From Octopus bimaculoides (Eukaryota): a stretch of 64,000 bases of DNA. The stretch covers positions 67,190,641 through 67,254,640 of the forward strand of contig NC_068990.1 of assembly GCF_001194135.2 (NCBI RefSeq), given 5' to 3'. Position numbers and translations under genes: made by a program. The notes below the pieces were generated by a model. The model worked only from the letters and a program-made list of their open reading frames with translations. It ran no database searches and was not told the DNA's origin. This document shows, in pieces, positions 26,966 through 40,619 of this stretch. Each line of letters opens with the position of its first letter. The stretch's first letter is position 1.

Positions 26966-28397
26966 CATAGGCTTGGCTGTATGATAAGAAGCTTGATTTC
27001 CAACTACATGGTTCTGGGTTCAGTTCCACTGCATGGTACCTTGGGCAAGTGCCTTCAACTATAGCTTTGGGCTAACCAAAATCTCATGAGTGGATTTGGT
27101 AGACAAAACCTGTAAGAAGCCGACTGTGTATGTATANNNNNNNNNNNNNNNNNNNNNNNNNNNNNNNNNNNNNNNNNNNNNNNNNNNNNNNNNNNNNNNN
27201 NNNNNNNNNNNNNNNNNNNNNNNNNTATATATATATATATAGGAAAATGAAAAATAATAATAAGGCAGAATGCTAAACTGAAAGCATATTCTAATATAGA
27301 TTTCTAATCGGCTTTCATTGCATTGCATGGCAAATTTTCAAGAAGAGGGAGAATGAAAATGCTTTTTACAAAAAAGTAAAAAATAAGATATAAAAAAAAT
27401 AATATATAAAAAAATATATATACCAATACATTATATTATCTTTGAGCTTTTAAAGTTCAGTGGTAATCCATGTAGAAAATAGTTGGAAAAATTAGGATGC
27501 TTGAAATTGAGAGTTGTGTTAGGTTTAAAAAAAAAGAAAAGGGGCTGAAGTGTGGTGTCAAAACAGGAAGACAATTCTGTGGGTTTTATACTCTTTAGTT
27601 GGAGTTCTGGACTCTTTGTCAACAGGAAGATCATGTCTGTTCTTAGAGAAATATGGTCACCATATTTCTCTAAGAACAGACATAAACTTCCTGTTGACAA
27701 AGAGTCCAGAACTCCAACTAAAGAGTATAAAACCCACAGAATTATCTTCCCTTACACACACTTCTTGTTTTGACACCACACTTCCTGTTTCGACACACTT
27801 CCTGCTTAACACATAAACCTTCAGCCCCTTTTCTTTTTTTTAAACCTAACACAACTCTCAATTTCATGCATCCTAATTTTTCCAACTATTATCTACATGG
27901 ATTACCATTGAACTTTAAAAGCTCAAAGACAGTATAATGTATTGGTATATTTATTTTTTTATATATTATTTTTTTATATATTATTTTTTACTTTTTTGTA
28001 AAAAGCATTTTCATTCTCCCTCTTCTTGAAAATTTGCCATGCAATGAAAGCCGGCTAGAAATCTATATTAAAATATGCTTTCAGTTTAGCATTCTGCCTT
28101 ATTATTATTTTTCATTTTCCTATTATTTCTCCACGTGCAGTTAGCACAACCCCACTATTTACTGACTTATATATATATATAAATGCATATATCTATGTGT
28201 GTGTGTGTGTGACTTTGTGTCTGTGTTTGTCTCCTTATCATTGCTTGACAACTGGTGGTGGTGTGCTTACATCCCTATGAATTAGCGGTTCAGCAAAAGA
28301 GGTTGATAGAACAAGTACTAGGCTTAAAAAAAGTAAGTGCTGGGATTGATTTGTTCATCGCCTGAGTCAAATGATTGAAACAAGTAAAAGAATAAAA
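26965..28397 (+). mobile_element. Family A SINE split by the palindromic element
   Basis: 5' half at 26965-27136 and 3' half at ~28170-28397, with the foldback lying in the central (TA)n tract. A similar split copy lies at 47458-48118. Confidence 0.75.
27240..28122. mobile_element. Giant palindrome / foldback element (arms approx. 420 and 465 bp, 1-nt loop)
   Basis: Symmetry centre at 27658 (atatggt-c-accatat). Termini TAGGAAAATG…CATTTTCCTA. The right arm carries extra CACTTCCTG-type repeats absent from the left arm. Confidence 0.85.
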
Positions 28398-28403
28398 TTG
28401 TAT

Positions 28404-28600
28404 ATACAGGGTGTAATGGGTAAATTGTCATTTTATATTTTAGATTTTGTGCATGCACATTGTTTGTTTTTGATTTTGTCAACTACAGAGTATAGTAGGG
28501 TCAGTTGGGCACCGTCTGTGAGAAAAACAGCACCATGACACAATTCACTCTGCCACAAATTTGGTAACGACATGCTGTTCTACTTGGCATTCATGCCAGA
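28404..28600. mobile_element. Possible Tc1/mariner terminal fragment
   Basis: Begins TA-CAGGGTG-taatgggtaaattgtca, typical of mariner-family TIR starts. No partner TIR found. Confidence 0.35.
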
Positions 28601-31400
28601 AGCTCCAGTACGAAAATCCCAAGCTATTGCAGTACTTGGTCCTTACTCTAGAAGGGATGGATCAGACTTCGAAACAGTGCCGTGGCATCCTGTTCAGGGA
28701 CTGGTGCAACTCTCGATGCCAAAGTTTGGTTGCCAGCACCTCTAGGATCTTCCATATGTATATCACTGCATATCTCTCCTGTTTTCATTCCAGAAAGTAG
28801 AGTCATAATTGTTTCAGCTTCTTTCAGTAGTTCAAGTGTTTCATTGGTGCAATGTTTAGCACCTCTGAACTGCCTCAAGTTTCACTATTAAATTGACACT
28901 GTGGGGTGACCGTAGTGATGAGTAGCAGAGCAGATTGCTGAGGAGAAATTTCCTCTAAAGTACCAGCATAGTTTACTAGGCCCATGTTTACAACTTTCTC
29001 AGAATTCAGCCAGTCATTCACCTGCACATTGATACCTTGATGATATGCACATGAAATGATGCATCATTGTTCATATCAATCCCCATGTCATGCACTATGC
29101 TTGACTCTGGGATTGTTGCTTCTTTGATGTAAAATATTTTCATTGCACTGTGTTAGCACAAGCTGGCTGATAATGAAGGGCTTGGAATTTTCCTGCGCTA
29201 AGTTGTTTTTTTCTTCAGCCCATTTGTATACAGCATCTTGAATTTTTCTGTTGAAGATGAATATTGAGATGGTTCTTGACTGTGTGTGCTACTTTTTTGT
29301 TGTTGGCATAGTTAATAAGAATGACAGGTTGTATAACTGATGGCATATCTGAGAGGGCTACTACAAACAGCAGCAGTAATAGGACAGTTCGTTGAGCCAT
29401 TCCATTTGCTATTAACATTCTTTTAGAGAGGGCTCCATTGGCAGCTACAACCTAGTTTCTGCCTTTTAAGAAGTCATGTAACCACTCTTCCAGCTTTCTT
29501 CATAGCTTGTGATATATTATCCTGTGATTAGCCTTATCAAAAGCTTTTGCAAAATCAAGATATATTACATCCATGTTTGAGCAATCCATTTGTTCAACAT
29601 CCAGTTATAATGTCACAGAAGCTGTGTAAAGCAGAAGCCATGCTTAGTGTCAAGGAGCAAGTCGTCATCTTCTATGAATGTGATCAGCTCCTTCTTGACA
29701 ATGTGTTCCATGACTTTGGTGATATGTAAGGTTAGAGAAACAACCCTATAAATTTTAGCATCTACTCTATTTTCTCCTTTATGGATTGGGCATACTTTGC
29801 CCTGCTTTAACTTGCTGAGAAGTCTACCATTTAGAAAGAAGCTTTAGAGCAGGATCTACAGTGGTCTTGCTAAAGCACCTTTGCATTTTTTAGGAGGATT
29901 GCTGGGAATCCATCAACATCAGTGGCTGAATTTAAGTTCATTTCATCAATAGTTGATATTAAATCAGTTACCTCTACCTTAATATCGATAATTGCTGTCC
30001 CTTTGTGTAGAGCTCTCGTGTCAAAGAACTCATTTGATATATTTGTTTGCAAGTGTCCCAATGGAGATGAGAAAACACTTTTGTTTTACATATTCAATAT
30101 TTCATTTATCCTTTGGCTTCTGAAGTGAGTGAGTCATTTGCTTTGAGCAGCAACACTATCTTGTACTGTACAAAAGCAGACACTTTGCAAATATAGAAAG
30201 CTTTAGGATTTGCTTTACATATTTTTACAGCCCAGACTTATGTTTTTGTTCTCTCCTTTGCATGGGAGTGCTTGAATTCATTTTTAATCTCAAGCAGTGT
30301 TCATTTGAGATAGGCTTTCTTTCTATCCTTTAGTGGCCCATTTAGACAATTTGAGACATTTGTCAGCTTGATAGAATTTTCCTATCTCTGGGAATTATGC
30401 TTTTGTGTCAGTTTGACATTCTCTGTGGAGTAAACTTAATGCATACATCATGCATGATTGTCATAAAGTTCTGTAGCTTAATGTCATTATTCTGCATAGA
30501 AAGACTAGTAGATCAGTTTTGTTGCAGGACCCCTTTCTGAATACCGTTCCAATTAGCATTTTGAAATTTCAGGCCGGAAAAGAGTTGGGTACTTCTGGTA
30601 AACTGTATGTCTGCAGTTTTTCTCAGATCTTGCATTGTTAACCCCACTAAGTCATGGTTTGAGAAAATTGTTGGTGTTACTTTAACATTATGGATGAGTA
30701 CCACATTATTTGTGAAGTAGAGATGTCCCTCAAGCCACTTGACAGTAGTGTTCTAGAAGTGTTCTAGAAAAAGTATGTGAAGGCTGTCTTCTAGATTAGT
30801 TAACACTACTTCCATCGTTTTTAGGCTCTCTTTGAAATGAGTCCCCATCTGGTTGGTGATATGTAGCATGAATTACTGTATTAATTTGTTTAATATATAC
30901 TATCAGTGTGTCACAGACTGAGTTTGAGTATAACAACTTCCTGAATGTGCATTGCAGCTCCACCACAAGTTATTTCTCCCTTGTCAGCTTGAAATACAAA
31001 ATGGTTTGGTGTGTGTGTATTTCAGCATCTGTTCTGTCAGCTGCCAGATGCATTTCTCTTTGTGGTATGCATTTTGCTTGATTAGGTGTAACTCAGGTAT
31101 GGGGTTTTGTACTAGTGGGTTGTTATAAGGCCTCTGGCTTTCAGTTATAGCACTGGTATGGCATATGGGATGTTTAACGTGGCCATTTATCTGATATTTG
31201 TGAAGACATCAGGGGTGACTATCCTGGATCTTTTGCTATTTGCAATACTCTTGCAAGTTGGTACATGATTTTTTGATCTTGTAGTTAGATCAGCAGTCTT
31301 ATGCTTCTTTGCACTATATTCACAAAAGACTGCTGGTGTCTGTATTACCTTCGTGTATTGCTATTTCTAGAAGCAGTATGTGTAACCTCTGCATATTTCA
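28600..31400 (-). mobile_element. Decayed CR1-group LINE (endonuclease, RT and C-terminal region)
   Basis: Minus-strand remnants: endonuclease end TIFSNHDLV; DGFPAILLK; NMDVIYLDFAKAFDK; degenerate PQG/YADD block (GMAQRTVLLLLLFVVALSDM…INYANN); KFQALHYQ; IYIWKILE…PNFGIES. Many stops and frameshifts. Confidence 0.88.
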
Positions 31401-31489
31401 AAGATAGAAACAGTGTATGTTGTGACCTGAGCTTTAGATGTATGAAGCAACAATTTGTCCCCACCTCTCTATGCCAGCAGACAACTTGT

Positions 31490-31547
<58 letters not shown>

Positions 31548-32045
31548 CTTATATATGTCTGGCATTAAGACAGACATCCAGCTGTTGAAACCAAGCCAAA
31601 CCAGACTTGAGCCTGGTACAGCCCTCCAGCTTATCAGTTCCAGTCAAACCATTTAACCCATACCAGCATGGAAAATGGTCGCTAAATGATGATAATGATC
31701 ATGATGGAGTCATAATGTGGTGTGCATGTGTGACAGAGCTCAAGGTCAATCTGTGGCAAGCAGTTTCACTTTGCGTACTTTAGCTCTATTACCATGGCAA
31801 CAGTCCTGATCCTTTCTGATCTGACCTCCTATACGTGTGTGTGTGTATACATACATACATACATACATACATACATGCATGCATACATATATTCATGCAT
31901 ACATATAAACTGATAGATAGATAAACAAATATATTATACACACACATCACATAATTACATGCTCACACATATACATATGTGCCTGTATATGTGCTTGAAC
32001 ATTTAAAGGAATGTGCGTGTGTGTATGTGTGCATATATATATGTG

Positions 32046-32140
<95 letters not shown>

Positions 32141-32716
32141 GTATATCTATCTATCTATCTATATATATATATATATATGTATTTAACTTTATGTATATAT
32201 TTGCACACTCTTGTGTATGTGCATGTGATCTGTTGTGAATGTGTATTAAAAAGCATTGTTGCATGTGATAATAACAATAATCAAAAAGTACATACAAATT
32301 GAAATATAGAGTAAATAAAAACATAAAAGATTTTAGAGAGCAGAGGTAAATTGAAGGAGAGTTGGGAAAACAACAGTCAGGTCAGACTTTGGAAAGTACA
32401 CAAGAAAAATATCTCTGCAAACAAGGAAACAGTAGTAGTGAGATGTTGTTCAGACACATTTAAACCCTTATGTTATACAGATATGTTCGATTGTAAATTT
32501 CTTCTCATTTTATATGTATTTTATGGAAATTTTCTCTGAATTTTCACTGGTTCACAATAGAAATGCTTTCAAAACTTAATAATTTATCCATAACAGTTAA
32601 TAAAAACATTTTCCACTAATTCATCAGTCCATTAAACCTGAAATTATATGTTGTGTATGTATGTGGATATGTGTGTGTGAGTGGTTATGTGTGAGTGGTT
32701 ATGTGTGAGCATTTCT

Positions 32717-32784
<68 letters not shown>

Positions 32785-33645
32785 GTATGTGTGTAAGTAT
32801 ATTCATACGTATATGTTTGTATTTATAGATGTATACACTCATGCATCTATGTACATACAATCCTCTATACACATATAATATATATGCATAAAAGTATATA
32901 TATATATATGTGCATGTGTATAAATATATGTGTGCATGTATATAAATATCCACACACAAACACACACACACACATATATATTAACATATATGTATATATA
33001 GATATATATGCATATATGTATACATACACACGTATACACAGACACATATTTATACATACATGCATACACAAACATATCTACACACACAAAAACATGCACA
33101 GATATATGTAAGTGAATTCTAGCTTAAACTGAAATTAGGTAGATTTCAACTATTAGTTTTAAATGTGTATGTGTGTATATTTATGTGCAGATACACTTAT
33201 ATATGTGTGAGTGTGTGTGTTTTAGAAATAATCTTGGAAAAAATAACTGAAATAATATATTACATTTTAAAACATATTTATATTTGAGATTGTTACTGTT
33301 CAACATGTTTGCTATAACTGTAAATACAAGCCAAGACATAATGCAATTCTGAAGACACAGAAATACATTTTCAAGATGATTTTCACTCATAACTTGAATC
33401 ACATTACACTAGCCTATGAGTAAGCTACAGAATGAGGATTAGTTGAATAAACAGTGGTCATTGCATTTCTCCATACAATTTATGGGAAGTAATTATTAAA
33501 TTGTCCCAAAAAATTGATAAACAATTCGTTGTAAATTTTTAGATTGATGACAATAATATATATACAGCAAGTTTCATATGCTTGTATACATCTTCATTTC
33601 TCTTCTACACAGAAATAAAATGAAAACTGTACAGCTATTATAATG

Positions 33646-33687
<42 letters not shown>

Positions 33688-33749
33688 ACATACATACCTA
33701 CATACATACATATATATATATACATATATATCAAAATCATAATTGAACC

Positions 33750-34186
33750 ATATTCGATGACTGGCACCTGTGCTAGTGTGTTCATTGCCAGAGCAGCTGT
33801 CTGGCTTCCGTGCTAGTGGCCCGTAAATAGCACCATTTGAGCGTAATCATTACCAATGTCACCTTCTAGCACTTGTGCTGGTGGCACATTAGAAAAACGA
33901 GCGAGCGAGATCATTGCCAGTGCCGCTGGACTGGCTCCGTGCATGGTGGCACATAAAAAACACCTTTTTGAGCATGGCCATTGCCAGCACCGTGTGACTG
34001 GCCCTCATACCGGTGGTACGTAAAAGCACCCACTACAATCTTGGAGTGGTTGGCGTTAGGAAGGGCATCCAGCTGTAGAAACTCTACCAGATCAGATTGG
34101 AGCCTGGTGCAGCCTTCTGGCTTGCCAGTTCTCAGTCAAATCGTCCAACCCATGCTAGCATGGAAAGCGGACGTTAACCGATGATG
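33750..34186 (+). mobile_element. SINE family D with (GAT)n tail
   Basis: gagtggttggcgttaggaagggcatccagctgtagaaac…catgctagcatggaaagcggacgttaa-(gat)n. Other copies at ~25140-25445, 38361-38523, 44565-44750 (-), 45800-46120, 49430-49618, 51390-51530 and 52470-52630. Confidence 0.88.
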
Positions 34187-34866
34187 ATATATATATATAT
34201 ANNNNNNNNNNNNNNNNNNNNNNNNNNNNNNNNNNNNNNNNNNNNNNNNNNNNNNNNNNNNNNNNNNNNNNNNNNNNNNNNNNNNNNNNNNNNNNNNNNN
34301 NNNNNNNNNNNNNNNNNNNNNNNNNNNNNNNNNNNNNNNNNNNNNNNNNNNNNNNNNNNNNNNNNNNNNNNNNNNNNNNNNNNNNNNNNNNNNNNNNNNN
34401 NNNNNNNNNNNNNNNNNNNNNNNNNNNNNNNNNNNNNNNNNNNNNNNNNNNNNNNNNNNNNNNNNNNNNNNNNNNNNNNNNNNNNNNNNNNNNNNNNNNN
34501 NNNNNNNNNNNNNNNNNNNNNNNNNNNNNNNNGCAAAAACACCTAAAGCTCTACAAGGCTCCGGCAGGTGATGGTGGCGAACCCTGCTGTACTCTTTCAC
34601 CACAACTTTCTCTCACTCCTGTTTCTGTTGTGCCTGTAATTCAAAGGGTCAGCCTTGTCACACTGTGTCACGCTGAATATCCCACGCTGAATATTAATCA
34701 TAGCTGGTCATAAAATCAGTCAGCATCAGAATGGTAAATCCAAAGAACATTAGCAGCAGAAACAGCTGTTAGATGGGATGCAGTCTTCTGGTAAATTATT
34801 AATAAATAGTAATTGATGCAAATCAATTGTTGTTCATCAATGTTATCTCCATTTTCTGTTTTCTTA

Positions 34867-34922
<56 letters not shown>

Positions 34923-35049
34923 ATCGAATATTAGTTCATAAGTCTAAAAAGAAGCATACTCAGACACTTTAGAAGTAATTAATATAGTTGTTGGTTATGG
35001 CTGATCAGGGAGTTGCCATAGGTTTTGCACCTATAACGTTCTTAACTGT

Positions 35050-35520
35050 ATAGGTGACTTGTCAGACTTTTTAACGAGAGGCACATAATATATCTATAAC
35101 TAGAGGTAGAAAAACAGACTCCATTAGTCAGGGTTGTGCAAAAAACCCTGAAACATCCCTTCTTGGCAAGATGTAGTTGTCTCCTTTCAACCGGTTCCAG
35201 TTGCATCTGAAACTAGTCAACATTTGTATGCATTTTGTTCACTAATAAGCAAGCAGAGACTTCCATGTTTTCAACAGAAATTTTCACTGATGAGGACACT
35301 GACTAAACATTTCACTGTCAGAGTCTAAGAAGCCCCCACCCCCATCAACCTGTCAAGTGAGTTCTTCAGGATTCTTGCTCTCACAGCCAAATGAAGTCTG
35401 CATCATTTGTTCCTGTTATGACATGACCCAGGTTGTTTCAGAAGCTTCCATTTATTTATGTATGGTGTACCCTCTTCTTTTAAATGCCATATGTAGCTGC
35501 CCGCTCAGAGATCCTAAAAG
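35050..35520 (-). mobile_element. Highly decayed Tc1/mariner-like relic
   Basis: Minus-strand fragments loosely resemble the transposase C-terminal catalytic region, followed by a TIR-like end (caagtcacctata). Very degenerate. Confidence 0.35.
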
Positions 35521-35948
35521 AAGACATCTGATTGTTAAGACATCACTTAAAGGGGACTGTCTAGAATTCTTCATTCAGATCTAGGTCCACAATGTGTCAA
35601 GAGTGGTTACTAGAGAAAGCCTAGGTGAGTTGATATGGAGGTAACGATGCAGATAAATATATGTAGATATATGTGTTTATGTCTATCTATATATCTATAT
35701 ATATATATATATCTATACATATATGTGTCAAGCCCAATTGTGTTTATCTACATCACTACCTCTCTTTTCTTTCTTTCTCTCTCTCTCTCTCTCTCTCATA
35801 CATCTTAGTTATCTATAATCAAATAAACATCATCATAAATTACATATTCACTTACTAAATACAATTTACTTCATCTCAGTTTTAAAAATGTTTACGGTTA
35901 TGGAATCAACAACAATTATAAACTTCGTGTATTTTTGTTTTGGTGTAT

Positions 35949-36003
<55 letters not shown>

Positions 36004-36673
36004 CACTTCTTTAAATGTTGCAGGTATGTACAATAAAATGTATGCATATAAGTTTGTATATGTGTGTGTGTGTTTATGAGCATCTACTTATATAGATGTA
36101 TAAATACTCCTATGGTTTTTTAATTATTTTTTTCTTGTTTTTGGTTCAAACAGTATATACACTTACATCTATATTTCCTCCCCACGCCCATAAAATTATA
36201 TGTATTGTTTTATTTAATTATATTTCTTATACAAACATTTGTATTTTCTTTTTTGTTGTGTTAAAATAGTTATATGTAACTCTTTGCAACCATGTTTCAA
36301 ATTTTGCATATGATAATGTATGTATGTAAACATGTATGTTTATAAACCTATGTATGTGTGTGGTTGTGTATATTTGTGTATAAATATGTGTATATGTATG
36401 TTTAAGTATGTGTATGTGTGGTGCATGTGTGTGTATATACATATGTGTGCATATGTAGTATATACATGTGCATATAGATGTGTATGTGTGTCTCTCTCAC
36501 TATATATATATATACTTGAATAATCTGAGTATGTTTTTATATACAGATGTTTGTAAAGATTTACATACATAGACTTGTTTGTATAAATCTGAAACTGAAC
36601 ATGTGTATGATTTTGTGTANNNNNNNNNNTATATATATATATATATGTAGGCATGTATGTGTGTATGCATATG

Positions 36674-36723
<50 letters not shown>

Positions 36724-37471
36724 CCTATGTAAATATATGTGTGTGTGTGTATCTATGTATATATTTGTGTGTGTGTGTATAACTCTCACACTCATTGTTT
36801 TTTCTGTAATATTTGATTTGTTTTTTCTTCCTTCACCTCACCAATCAACAACTCCTGATTACTAAATATAAATGTTTCATCCAGGTGTAAAGTTTGTATT
36901 ATATAATTTCTCTGTCTGAAGAATTTCTAATAGGAAACTCCTTACATATCTATATAACATGTAAAACTCTGTAATTCCTATTAGTAAATGAAACATGTGT
37001 AATGGTGAATAATATCAAGCTAATATGGCTACTTAGAGATGAAAAGAGAGAATATGAGCCAAAATGGTCAACCTTGAGTCAAGAAAAACTGTATGAAATA
37101 GGAAGTAATAGATGTGAACTTTGCTTAGTTCACACCCACTACTTATATCAGAGAGTAATCTTATTAACTGCAGGCAGGAATTAGTGATACGTTGTAAGCA
37201 TTTTTATAATAAATCCTTCTGCAAGTTCTCTAGATAACTTTAACATTATAGCAAGAGACATTGGTTGAATTGGGTATGATGCCTCAGGGATAAATGAAAA
37301 TTACCTAATTTCATATATATGTATGTGTATAGTTTCTTTATTTAGTTGAATTTTTAAATCTTTGAAAATTTTTAAATCATATTTTATTTTATCCTTTTAT
37401 TTATTTTATTATTGATGTTGATGTTATTATTATTATTGTGGTTGTTATTATTATTATTATTACTATTATTA

Positions 37472-38092
37472 TTTGTGGAGGCGCAATGACCCAGTGGTTA
37501 GGGTAGCGGACTCGTGGTCATAGGATCGGGGTTTCAATTCTCGGTACGGGCGTTGTGAGTGTTTATTGAGTGAAAACACCTAAAGCTCAATGAGGCTCCA
37601 GCAGGGAATGGTGGCAAACCCTGCTGTACTCTTTCACCACAACTTTCTCTCACTCTTACTTCCTGATTCTGTTGTGCCTGTAATTCAAAGGGTCAGCTTT
37701 GTCACACTGTGTCACGCTGAATATCCCCGAGAACTACATTAAGGGTACAAATGTCTGTGGAGTGCTCAGCCACTTGCACTTTAATTTCATGAGCAGGCTG
37801 TTCCGTTGACCGGATCAACTGGAACCCTTGACATCGTAAGCGNNNNNNNNNNAAACCCTGCTGTACTCTTTCACCACAACTTTCTCTCACTCTTACTTCC
37901 TGATTCTGTTGTGCCTGTAATTCAAAGGGTCAGCTTTGTCACACTGTGTCACGCTGAATATCCCCGAGAACTACATTAAGGGTACAAATGTCTGTGGAGT
38001 GCTCAGCCACTTGCACTTTAATTTCATGAGCAGGCTGTTCCGTTGACCGGATCAACTGGAACCCTTGACATCGTAAGCGATGTAGTGCCAGC
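37472..38092 (+). mobile_element. tRNA-derived SINE, family B
   Basis: Head gtggaggcgcaatg(g/a)cccagtggttaggg…; homologous copies at 52951-53390 and, partially, 34533-34690. Confidence 0.88.
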
Positions 38093-39266
38093 ACTATTAT
38101 TTATTTATTTATTTATTATTATTATTATTGTTATGCCAGGCAAAATGCTTTCCAGCATTTTGTCTGTCTTTACATTCTAAACTCAAATCCTGCGTAGGTT
38201 GACTTTGCCTTTCATTCTTTTGGGGTCAATAAATTAAATACCACTGAAACACTGGGATCAAAGTAATCAACTTATCTCCTCCACCAACATGTCAGGCCTT
38301 GTGCCTTTAGTAGAAAGGATTATAATATTCATTCCCGGCATGGGAATGCTTATTGTACTACACTCTCTGAGTGGTTGGCGTTAGGAAGGGCATCCAGCTG
38401 TAGAAACTCTGCCAAATCAGATTGGAGCCTGGTGTAGCCATCTGGTTTCACCAGTCCTCAGTCAAATCGTCCACCCATGCTAGCATGGAAAGCGGACGTT
38501 AAACGACGACGACGACGACGACGATTATTTATCTTTTAATTGTTTCAGTCATTAGACTGTTGCCATGCTGGGACATGGCACTGATGAAAGTAGCATTAAT
38601 TTTCTAGGTCATTCAACTTTTCTCAAATGATCAATAGACCAATTGAGAAACCAATAAGTAACAAACTTATAATGACTACTGCAAACAGCTGTAAGCCAGG
38701 TTTACTCCAATAAAGGGAAAATATGTAATAACCATTATCTATACTTTGTCTTGTAAATCACTCTGTAAAAAACAGTTTGACTGGAGTACAACTACGGATT
38801 TACGATATCGAATGGTGATGAACTATAACCTCGGACTCTGCCATAAGAATGCTTGGAGTTCTTTAATAATCCTTTAGCAATATATATATAACTTAATGTG
38901 TATTCATTATTGAAAGACAGGTTACAACAGTATTTATCCTGAGATATTATCTCTTTGGACATGCAGATACTAGACGTGTTTGTGTGTGTGAATATCTATC
39001 CATATATCTAACTATCTATCTATGTATCAATCATTGTGTATCAATTTTGCTGGGAAGTTCTGCACTTCCTAAACCTCCTGCTGACCCCATCCACCTCCCA
39101 TTTATTAAAGAACAAGGAAGGATACAAGATGGACACGTACATAAAACATTAAAGACCTGAACTTGAATACTGTAAAACAAATAAATTTTTGAAAGAAGAG
39201 AAGAGGAGAGGAAAGGGATGACATTAAATACTAATCTTTGTTCCTGATCAGCTGGAAGGTCTCTCA

Positions 39267-39341
<75 letters not shown>

Positions 39342-39634
39342 CCCGTGCACATACTTACATACACATGCACACACACACTATTTCGTAATAACATTTTTTC
39401 ATCATTTCATTGTTTTCTACTGTATCTAATTATTTGTATGTGGTGTGTCACGGTAGATGTCTGAGGGGTGGAACTGAATTTTGACAATGATTTTCAAATA
39501 AAAGCTTCTAAAAATCTTCAATTTTGGCTTCATTCACAGACAATTAATAATAACAATAATAACAATAATGAAAATAAAAGCACTAAAAAAATTATGTAAA
39601 ACTGAAGAAAAAAATAAACTAAAAACAAATGCTT

Positions 39635-39690
39635 GATGGTGGACATGTTGTCTTTTGTGGCGATTTTTCTCAGACATTTACATTTCATTT
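39635..39690 (+). mobile_element. Short Helitron/PIF1 helicase motif relic
   Basis: Translates DGGHVVFCGDFSQTF, resembling the PIF1 motif FGGKxVxxxGDFRQxLP. Very short. Confidence 0.4.
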
Positions 39691-39996
39691 ATGAGATAGA
39701 AACAATAGAAATTTAATCTCTACGTTCAGTAGTATTAGTAATAAATAATAATAATAATAATAATAAAAGTAAGAATAATAATACCACCACCACCACCAAT
39801 AATAATAATGATAATAATAGATATTTTTCTGCAAGTTAAATCAAATACATATAAAGATGAAAGATATTCATAACAATAAAAAAGTAATAAAATATAATTA
39901 CAATGAAAATAATGATGACAGTAATCATTTTTGAATTGTATCTCCCATGCTTGGTCAACTTCCATCACTCCCCTTCTTTTCTCTGTCTCCCTCTCA

Positions 39997-40027
<31 letters not shown>

Positions 40028-40487
40028 ACATATGCACACCCATGAACATTTCACCTCCACCTATCACTGTCCAATACCTTTGCATAAATTCATTCTTGTA
40101 GAAGTCAAGGAGATTATTCAAAGGCAAACTTTTAAATGAATGTGATTTATTAACAACAACCTGATATGAAATAATGTCTGAGGAAAAATATGAAAAATTG
40201 ATAGTCATATCTTAATGATTAGTGGACAAAGAGAGAGAGAGAAAGAGAGAGGGATAATGGGGATGTGAAGTAGGAAAAACTGCTTGGTTCTGAGCATGTG
40301 TGGAGGATGTAGACAAAGAACAGGAAGTGCTCACAATAGGGGAGATTTTGTGTATACATGGGCTTAGTATTCTCTCACATTGGCATTGAGCCACAAAGAT
40401 ATTAATGAAATTTATAACCAATTGAAGCTATGTATGTATATATGTATGTATGTGTGTGCGTGTGTGTGTATAGTCTATGTGTGTGTG

Positions 40488-40540
<53 letters not shown>

Positions 40541-40619
40541 NNNNNNNNNNNNNNNNNNNNNNNNNNNNNNNNNNNNNNNNNNNNNNNNNNNNNNNNNNNN
40601 NNNNNNNNNNNNTATATAT

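Noticed and set aside
37612-38080. Exact ~230-bp tandem duplication within a SINE; similar at 53196-53260
   Set aside because: The copies straddle a 10-N join, typical of unmerged overlapping contig ends.
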